Below are positions 14,512 to 20,000 of a DNA stretch of 20,000 bases, piece by piece. The notes below the pieces were generated by a model. The model did no database searches, had not been told where the DNA came from, and worked only from the letters and a program-made list of their open reading frames with translations. Both the position numbers and the translations under genes were made by a program. Source of the stretch: an uncultured virus (IMG/VR IMGVR_UViG_3300035190_000668) (taxonomy: Duplodnaviria > Heunggongvirae > Uroviricota > Caudoviricetes); IMG/VR virus record IMGVR_UViG_3300035190_000668; one strand, written 5' to 3'. Position 1 is the stretch's first letter. Each line of letters begins with the position of its first letter.

Positions 14512-14540
14512 ATACTAGTAGGGATAGGGGTAAAAGTCAA
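14512..14540 (-). promoter_or_regulatory. Sigma70/SigA-type promoter
   Basis: TTGACT-17 nt-TAGTAT; the same hexamers and spacing recur at 15735-15763 on the plus strand. Confidence 0.65.
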
Positions 14541-14566
14541 GCCTTTAGCATGTGGTGTTGGTCACA

Positions 14567-14740
14567 CTACCAGCCATAGACACGCTTGCGGTAAGCCTCT
14601 ACCTCAGCGATTTGCTCTGGTGTAGCGTTGCGATAGGCTTGCACGCTCTCTCTAATCCATGGTGACTTAGACATAGCCTTCTCATGCTCTATTGCATAGC
14701 GAGCCTGTTGCTCTGCTCTTAGTGTATCTAGTGTATTCAT
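14567..14740 (-). CDS. Hypothetical protein (57 aa)
   Basis: ATG 14740 follows a GAAAGG RBS. Confidence 0.65.
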   Translation of the reverse strand: MNTLDTLRAEQQARYAIEHEKAMSKSPWIRESVQAYRNATPEQIAEVEAYRKRVYGW

Positions 14741-14773
14741 TGTGAACACCTTTCTTTAGTTTGTTATAGTAGA

Positions 14774-14940
14774 ATACTATCACACTACCCTGACAAATGC
14801 AAGTCTAGCCACGGCGTGTCGCATGTGATGTCCGTCACACCCCTCGGGGCCCCTGTGGTGTAGGTCACATGTGTTCTACGTCACAATGTCCTAAATGTCC
14901 GTTTTGTACCCCCCAATTTGTCAGACCCCCCTGTTATACT
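14774..14940. promoter_or_regulatory. Divergent promoter region with three CRP-like boxes
   Basis: TGTCAG-N10-TAGTAT (minus, 14774-14795) and TGTCAG-N10-TATACT (plus, 14919-14940) flank TGTG(A/G/T)-N6-TCACA boxes at 14824, 14854 and 14870. Confidence 0.7.
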
Positions 14941-14990
14941 TACTAGTATAAAGAAAGTTAAAAAGGTTTTAACTAAGAAAGGAAAACAAA

Positions 14991-15215
14991 ATGTTTTCAC
15001 TAAAATACAAAGTAGAGTATAACTCTAATCCTAACTACCCTCTATCAAAAGAGTTTGGTAATGTTTCTATAACAGTACCTAGCGAGGTCTATGCTAATGA
15101 ATACTTAGACCTAGTATCTCAAAGAGGTACTATCCTAGAAGTTTCTCTAACAGAGTTAGAAAACTACACACCTAGCAACCGCAAGGTGTATGCTACTACT
15201 AGAAGTTGGGAGTAA
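14991..15215 (+). CDS. Hypothetical protein
   Basis: GAAAGGA RBS; 74 aa. Confidence 0.7.
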   Translation: MFSLKYKVEYNSNPNYPLSKEFGNVSITVPSEVYANEYLDLVSQRGTILEVSLTELENYTPSNRKVYATTRSWE

Positions 15216-15220
15216 TCGTA

Positions 15221-15367
15221 ATGGATACTTATAACAGAATTCTAAAAGAGCAACAAGAAAAAAGAATTGCTCAATCAATAAAAGATAAAGCGGTTATTGA
15301 GTCCATGTTCTCAAATAACAATCGCCCCCTTAATAATAATCATGAATTAAAGAAAGTAGAAAACTAA
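15221..15367 (+). CDS. Hypothetical protein (48 aa)
   Basis: MDTYNRILKEQQEKRIAQ...; GGGAG RBS; TAATG coupling to the next gene. Confidence 0.65.
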   Translation: MDTYNRILKEQQEKRIAQSIKDKAVIESMFSNNNRPLNNNHELKKVEN

Positions 15368-15531
15368 TGAGTACCTTTGTACCAATCAAATCTGTTTGTG
15401 GTTCAGTATCAACCACTATTGATGTCTATGACCTAGAGTTAAACCCTCATGGGGTTATCTGTTGTGACAATTGCAAATCAATTGTGTTATGCCGTAAGGC
15501 TTGGGATTTCTTGTATAAGGAGAATAAATGA
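15367..15531 (+). CDS. Small Cys-containing protein (54 aa)
   Basis: MSTFVPIKSVCG...ICCDNC...; coupled at both ends (TAATG and ATGA). Confidence 0.65.
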   Translation: MSTFVPIKSVCGSVSTTIDVYDLELNPHGVICCDNCKSIVLCRKAWDFLYKENK

Positions 15532-15617
15532 TTGACTTTTTTGTAAATGGTAATGCATTGTTTTGGTTTTCTTTCGTTTGTTTGTTTTATGGATTTTACT
15601 CTTTTGTAAAAGAATAA
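15528..15617 (+). CDS. Small hydrophobic membrane peptide (29 aa)
   Basis: MIDFFVNGNALFWFSFVCLFYGFYSFVKE; AAGGAG RBS. Confidence 0.6.
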   Translation: MIDFFVNGNALFWFSFVCLFYGFYSFVKE

Positions 15618-15625
15618 ATAAAAAG

Positions 15626-15654
15626 ATCGCAGAAATAAAAAGCTGCGATTTTTT
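15626..15654 (+). terminator. Intrinsic terminator
   Basis: ATCGCAG/CTGCGAT stem followed by a T run, just after the stop at 15617. Confidence 0.55.
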
Positions 15655-15734
15655 GCTCGGGGCTTCTCAGTTGACTCTCAGGAATAATGTGTGTAAGGTC
15701 ACACGATTATTTCTCCAATTTACGGCGTGTCGTC

Positions 15735-15763
15735 TTGACTTTTTGGCTTTTGTAGTGTAGTAT
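15735..15763 (+). promoter_or_regulatory. Sigma70/SigA-type promoter preceded by ACGGCGTGTCG
   Basis: TTGACT-17-TAGTAT. Confidence 0.6.
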
Positions 15764-15799
15764 TCTACTTATACAATTAAATAAAGATGAATCAGGCAG

Positions 15800-15852
15800 T
15801 GAGCCTAGCAAATAAGTGTGATACAAATCACAATGAGCCTAGCGAATAAATG
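15800..15852 (+). repeat. 19-nt direct repeat pair around a perfect TGTGA-N6-TCACA box
   Basis: TGAGCCTAGCAAATAAGTG (15800) vs TGAGCCTAGCGAATAAATG (15834), 17/19 identical. Confidence 0.8.
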
Positions 15853-15915
15853 CCAAGATTTGTCAGCCCCCCATGATAGGATAGTCTTATCAATTAAACG
15901 AAAGGAAGTCATTCA

Positions 15916-16101
15916 ATGGCTTACACTGTAACACTAGAAACCTTTTCAGGTTCAGTAAAGAAAATCAACCTACCTTCAAGAGGTGCTGTTGCTCAATTCG
16001 TATCACAATACCCTAACACTTTACCTGTTGGCGTATCTGTTAAAGTCGCTTGCGACACTCTAGGAATTACTGGAACACTAAGAGGAAAGGCTTCACTATA
16101 A
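15916..16101 (+). CDS. Hypothetical protein
   Basis: GAAAGGA RBS; TGTCAG promoter at 15861-15882. Confidence 0.7.
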   Translation: MAYTVTLETFSGSVKKINLPSRGAVAQFVSQYPNTLPVGVSVKVACDTLGITGTLRGKASL

Positions 16102-16304
16102 TGAAAATTGAACACAACCTAAAATTCGTAACTGAATTTCAAGAGGGCCACCCTGTAACTGCAACAATGAGTTCACTACCTGAAACACTACGCATTCAAA
16201 TGCTTGAGTCAATGCTAAAAGAGTTAATCGCTCCAAAGTTAGGACCTATCCTTGATGAAATTAACGCAGGCGGGTCCTATGCAATTCTTAAGGTGGCAGA
16301 CTAA
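16101..16304 (+). CDS. Hypothetical protein (67 aa)
   Basis: Start moved to ATG 16101 (TAATG overlap). Confidence 0.7.
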   Translation: MKIEHNLKFVTEFQEGHPVTATMSSLPETLRIQMLESMLKELIAPKLGPILDEINAGGSYAILKVAD

Positions 16305-16531
16305 TGCCAATGACACGAAAAGACTATGTGGAAACTGCAAGCATTCTAAATAAGTTTTCTAACAAAATTGACTCACTAGAATTTCAAGATTTAGTTTTTG
16401 AATTTAGTGAGTGGTTTGCTTCTGACAATCCAAGATTTGATGAAGATAAATTTTATTCTGCTTGCATGGTAGATGAACAAGATGTGTTTGCACACATGCA
16501 ACAATCAACAAGATACAATCCTAACTTGTAA
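16304..16531 (+). CDS. Conserved small phage protein
   Basis: MTRKDY...A.....F..DNPRFD..KF..AC pattern, recalled from small phage ORFs; TAATG overlap. Confidence 0.75.
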   Translation: MPMTRKDYVETASILNKFSNKIDSLEFQDLVFEFSEWFASDNPRFDEDKFYSACMVDEQDVFAHMQQSTRYNPNL

Positions 16532-16536
16532 AATAA

Positions 16537-16564
16537 AAATCCTAAGCATGATTTAAAACTGCTT
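16537..16564 (+). ncRNA. Small H-type pseudoknot motif, copy 1
   Basis: AAATC-ctAAGCAt-GATTT-aaaac-TGCTT. Confidence 0.55.
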
Positions 16565-16593
16565 GATCTTTTCAAATAAAAAAGCTCGGGGGG

Positions 16594-16614
16594 TTTTCCA
16601 CAGGCTGTGGATAA
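16594..16614. promoter_or_regulatory. Inverted pair of DnaA-box-like 9-mers
   Basis: TTTTCCACA-ggc-TGTGGATAA; the second 9-mer is a perfect reverse complement of TTATCCACA. Confidence 0.5.
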
Positions 16615-16756
16615 GTTTACGTGGTTGTGATTTTTCTCACATTTATTGAGCGTCTCACTATTTAAGACTACTCGCTAGTAATTAGATTTTTGTCAGTCTG
16701 CCATGATAGGATTACAGAGTAATAAAGTAATTAAACAAAAAGAAAGAGGTTGCCAC

Positions 16757-16966
16757 ATGGCTACTAAACTATACACAATAGAAAACCTACTTGTAGGAAA
16801 AACTTATCGCTCACGAAACCGCCACTTTGAGGGTGTAATCACACACGCAGAAAAGCGTGAAGGAATTTGGTATGGAGAAAATACTGAGGCGTATGTCGTA
16901 CAGATTGACACGCCTTCCTATTTGTCAGACCGCTATGCTACTGTTGCAGTAAAGATTGGAGAATAA
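16757..16966 (+). CDS. Hypothetical protein (69 aa), possibly an SH3-like barrel
   Basis: ATG 16757 follows GAGGT; TGTCAG promoter at 16691-16712. Confidence 0.7.
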   Translation: MATKLYTIENLLVGKTYRSRNRHFEGVITHAEKREGIWYGENTEAYVVQIDTPSYLSDRYATVAVKIGE

Positions 16967-16969
16967 ATA

Positions 16970-17146
16970 ATGAACGCTTGGGATTGCATGGATTGCTATG
17001 ATGAGGGTGTCCTATTTTGGGGTAGCACTAATGGCGAATACGATACAGATTTTTGTGAGTGTAACAAGGGTGTTATGCTTTACAACGAATACACCGCATG
17101 GTACGCTAGTAATGAATTAAACGAATACACATTGGAGAACGCATAA
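16970..17146 (+). CDS. Small zinc-ribbon-like protein (58 aa)
   Basis: MNAWDCMDCYDEG...FCECNKG; GGAG RBS; TAATG coupling. Confidence 0.65.
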   Translation: MNAWDCMDCYDEGVLFWGSTNGEYDTDFCECNKGVMLYNEYTAWYASNELNEYTLENA

Positions 17147-17361
17147 TGGAATACTTATACTCTGTCACCGCTACCTATGACTCTGCCTCTGCACCAGTTT
17201 GGATTGGTCGCTACTCAGATGCTTTAACTGCCGTTGAAACTTTTCAGCAATTTGTTGATAGTGGAGATGCTAAAGAATACGCAACAATTAACTTATCTGA
17301 ACCTTCAGGCAAGATGCACACAAAAACCCTCTACACTACAGGATTGGTGGTAACACGATAA
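17146..17361 (+). CDS. Hypothetical protein
   Basis: TAATG-coupled at both ends. Confidence 0.7.
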   Translation: MEYLYSVTATYDSASAPVWIGRYSDALTAVETFQQFVDSGDAKEYATINLSEPSGKMHTKTLYTTGLVVTR

Positions 17362-17681
17362 TGGGAAGTAACTTCGCAACAGACTTAGCAGAAAACATTG
17401 ACATAAGCCTTGAACAGGCTATTGGTTATCACTTACAGGGTAATCACTATCCACCAGTACCTCTAAGCATGGTGCCAGTATGCATACAGGCTATTGACTT
17501 TGCTCATGAGGATTTGTGGGACGAGACTATTGAAATGCCAGATGGTATTTCTTATAAGGGCTTAACCGCTGCACCAGTTTGGGCTATCATTGAGCAACAC
17601 CACCTTCACGCATGGCTACCAGAAAACGTTGAAGACTATGAAGAAGACCTAGGATTTGAATTAGGATTGGGGCTTGAATAA
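17361..17681 (+). CDS. Conserved hypothetical phage protein
   Basis: HLQGNHYPPVP...AIIEQHHLHAWL, His-rich; TAATG coupling. Confidence 0.75.
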   Translation: MGSNFATDLAENIDISLEQAIGYHLQGNHYPPVPLSMVPVCIQAIDFAHEDLWDETIEMPDGISYKGLTAAPVWAIIEQHHLHAWLPENVEDYEEDLGFELGLGLE

Positions 17682-17852
17682 ATGCCGTCTAAAGCACCAA
17701 CAGCACTTTCTGCAAAACATTCAGGCCAGTCAAGGTATCAAGGACAAAGTAAAATATCAGAACTTAAAATGCTATACTCAAAAGGTAATGGCTATGAGGG
17801 TCGCTATAACTTTCCAGTTACAATAACTAAGATTGAGGATAATAATAAATGA
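17682..17852 (+). CDS. Hypothetical protein (56 aa)
   Basis: MPSKAPTALSAKHSG...; starts right after the previous stop and has an ATGA overlap with the next gene. Confidence 0.6.
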   Translation: MPSKAPTALSAKHSGQSRYQGQSKISELKMLYSKGNGYEGRYNFPVTITKIEDNNK

Positions 17853-18082
17853 GTGCTACAATAAATGACATGGAACTTGTAAAAGCTGATTCGCTAACTG
17901 TTGATGCGTTAGAGATTGGTGATCTAATTGGTTATGATGATGACATCGTTGAAGTAACTTTCATTGAATGCGATGCAACAGGAGATAACTATGACATTGA
18001 AATCACAAATGATTTTGGTGAAACAGAAATGATTCAGTTTGCATTTGATGAAGAAGTTGATTGGTACGTCTACTTAGACTAA
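17849..18082 (+). CDS. Acidic hypothetical protein, possibly KOW/SH3-like
   Basis: LEIGDLI pattern; GAGG RBS. Confidence 0.7.
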   Translation: MSATINDMELVKADSLTVDALEIGDLIGYDDDIVEVTFIECDATGDNYDIEITNDFGETEMIQFAFDEEVDWYVYLD

Positions 18083-18159
18083 AAGGGGCCCGAGGCCCTG
18101 TGATCTACGCCACAATTACGTAAGTTGATATTTTCTCCCATTTCTGGTAAGATTATTAC

Positions 18160-18300
18160 ATGAAGAAAAATAGTGAGGAATTAAGACGATTAATGGAATT
18201 ACGTCGTTCTAATGCAGCCTCCGCTGTCCCAAATAAAAAGAAATACAATAGAAAAAAATGTCAGTCCCTTATGCTAAAATTAAAGAAAGAAAGCGAGTAG
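18160..18300 (+). CDS. Small basic protein (46 aa), leaderless
   Basis: MKKNSEELRRLMELRRSNAASAVPNKKKYNRKK...; ATG 6 nt after TTGATA-17-TAAGAT (18125-18153). Confidence 0.6.
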   Translation: MKKNSEELRRLMELRRSNAASAVPNKKKYNRKKCQSLMLKLKKESE

Positions 18301-18305
18301 CCACC

Positions 18306-19028
18306 ATGACAAAATTACTCAGAAGCAAAGATAGGAAAGTAGCAAATGCCGTCACCCCTAATGGAAAACAAGCAAGTATCGCCAACACGTTTGGTCTCCC
18401 CGCAGGAAAGTCTTATTCATGTCCTGGAGCGACTAGCGTATGCGAGAGTGTTTGTTATGCTGGCAAATTGGAAAAAGTATTCCCAACAGTAAAGAAAAAC
18501 CTATTGCACAATTGGGAATTAGTCAAAAACGCAGACCATGACACTATTGAAGCATTGCTTGAAGAGATGATTAAAGATTTCAAGGCTGATTGTGTAAAGC
18601 GTGAAGCGCCTATGCTATTTCGTATTCATTGGGACGGAGATTTCTTTAATGATACTTATACATTCGCATGGAAGCATGTCATTCTTAATCATCCTGATAT
18701 TCAATTCTGGGTATACACTAGAGTGAAGAGTGCAGCGGTAATGCTTAAAGACATTGCTAATCTTTCTTTATACTATTCTACGGATAGTGAGAATAAGTCT
18801 ATTGGCGTTACCCTGAAAAAAGATCATGGCATAAAGCTTGCTTACCTTGCTAAGAATTTCTTAGTAGGACAGGCAGACATGAAAGAGATGATTGGTAAGG
18901 TAGGGGCTAAGTGCCCTGAGAATAAAAAAGCCATTCCCCTAATCTCAACAAATGGAAGCGCTTGCGTTTCTTGCTCATTGTGTGTATACTCAAAGAGCGA
19001 CATAGTATTCTCATCAAGTAAGAAATGA
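18306..19028 (+). CDS. Gp88-like (Gene88 family) Cys-rich protein with a radical-SAM-like motif
   Basis: FGLPAG..YSCPGAT.VC..VCYA...FRIHWDGDFF...FW.YTR...CP...AC..C.LC. Start moved to ATG 18306; own TGTCAG promoter at 18259-18280. Confidence 0.75.
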   Translation: MTKLLRSKDRKVANAVTPNGKQASIANTFGLPAGKSYSCPGATSVCESVCYAGKLEKVFPTVKKNLLHNWELVKNADHDTIEALLEEMIKDFKADCVKREAPMLFRIHWDGDFFNDTYTFAWKHVILNHPDIQFWVYTRVKSAAVMLKDIANLSLYYSTDSENKSIGVTLKKDHGIKLAYLAKNFLVGQADMKEMIGKVGAKCPENKKAIPLISTNGSACVSCSLCVYSKSDIVFSSSKK

Positions 19029-19036
19029 GGAGATAA

Positions 19037-19096
19037 ATGGAAAGCCTAGTTATCCTATCTTTAATAGGGCTATTAGTCTTGCTAGTTAACCAATAA
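19037..19096 (+). CDS. Hydrophobic micro-peptide (19 aa)
   Basis: MESLVILSLIGLLVLLVNQ with a strong GAGGAG RBS. Confidence 0.5.
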   Translation: MESLVILSLIGLLVLLVNQ

Positions 19097-19217
19097 TGTG
19101 ACATAAATCACACCCACAAGCGTCTCAAATAGTGAGAAATACAAGAAATGGAGTTGAAAAATGTCAGTAGGAAATGTTATACTTAATACATACAACAAAC
19201 TAAAAAGGAGAAACAAA

Positions 19218-19385
19218 ATGACAGTAGCAACAAACACATACAAGGTAGGCGACCTCTACACATCACAGAAGTCAAAGGTAACAGGAACAATTCTTGAAAT
19301 CTCACCTACTGCAAAGGACACAGTTCGTGTGAAGTTAGATGTAAATGGCAACACACGCTGGACAACATGGAAGGCTAATGCGTAA
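19218..19385 (+). CDS. Small KOW/SH3-like protein (55 aa)
   Basis: ATG 19218 follows AAGGAG; YKVGDL...GTILEI...VRVKL. Confidence 0.7.
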   Translation: MTVATNTYKVGDLYTSQKSKVTGTILEISPTAKDTVRVKLDVNGNTRWTTWKANA

Positions 19386-19399
19386 TTAGTTAGTTCTAT

Positions 19400-19426
19400 G
19401 TCCTGAGCATGACTCTAAACTGCTCA
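19400..19426 (+). ncRNA. Small H-type pseudoknot motif, copy 2
   Basis: GTC-cTGAGCAt-GAC-tctaaac-TGCTCA. Confidence 0.55.
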
Positions 19427-19490
19427 CACTAAAAATGTCAGACCCACCCCCTATACTATAAATAAACCACCAAAAGAAAAGAGAAAACAC

Positions 19491-19916
19491 ATGGCAAGAA
19501 ACGGGAAATCAATCTCAGTAAAAATCGCAACACCAAAGGTAATCAAGGCACTAGAAACTCGTCTAGCAGAACTAGAAACTAACTACGCTAATCAAGAAGC
19601 AAACGAAGCAAAATACACAAAGGCTTTTGAGAAGTATAAGAAAGAACTTATTGCTTATGCCGTTGCTAACATCAAGAAGGCAGAGAACTTTCGCACAAAC
19701 TATCGCACATGGAACAACACACTTAACATTGACTTTGACTTAACAGTTACAGAGTCAGAGTTACCAAAAGAACCTCAGCGTGAGTTTGAGCAAATGGGTC
19801 GTCATACCTACCTAGAGCAGAAGCAAGAAATTGAGAACGCAATTCGTATTCTCAAGATGACAGATGAGGAAGTAGTTAATACAAGCACTTACAATGCTAT
19901 TGCTCGTTACCTGTAA
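19491..19916 (+). CDS. Hypothetical coiled-coil protein
   Basis: 141-aa helical ORF; TGTCAG promoter at 19436-19457. Confidence 0.75.
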   Translation: MARNGKSISVKIATPKVIKALETRLAELETNYANQEANEAKYTKAFEKYKKELIAYAVANIKKAENFRTNYRTWNNTLNIDFDLTVTESELPKEPQREFEQMGRHTYLEQKQEIENAIRILKMTDEEVVNTSTYNAIARYL

Positions 19917-19923
19917 TGAGATA

Positions 19924-19989
19924 ATCGTTCTCGCATAACGATAAATTGCGACCTCCTGAGCATGAGGCTAAACTGCTACCCGTAAGGGT
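19924..19989 (+). ncRNA. Tandem pseudoknot motif copies 3 and 4 plus a GNRA hairpin
   Basis: ATCGTT-cTCGCAt-AACGAT-aaat-TGCGA; CCTC-ctgAGCAt-GAGG-ctaaac-TGCT; ACCC-GTAA-GGGT. Confidence 0.55.
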
Positions 19990-20000
19990 GCTGGATCAAG

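Noticed and set aside
17163..17184. TGTCAC near-match to the TGTCAG promoter
   Set aside because: There is no TAnnnT hexamer at the 10-nt spacing.
9398..19104. Track ORFs 9398+, 11496+, 12787-, 13078-, 14332+, 15563+ and 18907-
   Set aside because: Antisense or out of frame to better-supported, coupled genes, or running through terminator and promoter DNA.
16537..19977. Pseudoknot motif as a hammerhead ribozyme or preQ1 riboswitch
   Set aside because: It lacks the CUGAnGA/GAAA three-stem hammerhead core and the preQ1-I loop consensus, and it lies after stop codons, upstream of the next promoter, rather than in a leader.
1..20000. tRNA, rRNA, integrase, transposase, reverse transcriptase or cas genes
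   Set aside because: None recognised by eye; tRNAscan-SE and HMM searches would be needed to exclude them formally.

Overview
This window looks like part of a large, AT-rich tailed-phage genome, probably infecting an actinobacterium. That call is inferred from the tightly packed small ORFs, a Gp88-like protein, leaderless starts and WhiA/CRP-like boxes; no capsid or terminase gene is present. Positions 1-11875 (minus strand) hold virion-accessory-like genes, a GT32 glycosyltransferase, a collagen-like protein and a 369-aa protein made of two FN3-like domains, 135 consecutive Pro/Phe residues (one Tyr) and a 6-Cys tail. Directly downstream is a translationally coupled run of seven 2OG-Fe(II) prolyl-hydroxylase-like genes, two DUF6065-like genes and an SDR. 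This is the best candidate for an undescribed system: a phage-encoded post-translational modification locus with its probable substrate. Positions 12023-13800 (plus strand) carry a nuclease-like gene, a paralog of the Cys-rich gene and an eighth oxygenase. Positions 13787-20000 form a divergent, early-type region of small ORFs. Its intergenic DNA is built from repeated parts: 8 TGTCAG-N10-TAnnnT promoters, 9 TGTGA-N6-TCACA-like boxes, a DnaA-box pair, and 4 copies of a small covarying H-type pseudoknot motif placed after stop codons. All family assignments come from motif recognition by eye; no database search was run.
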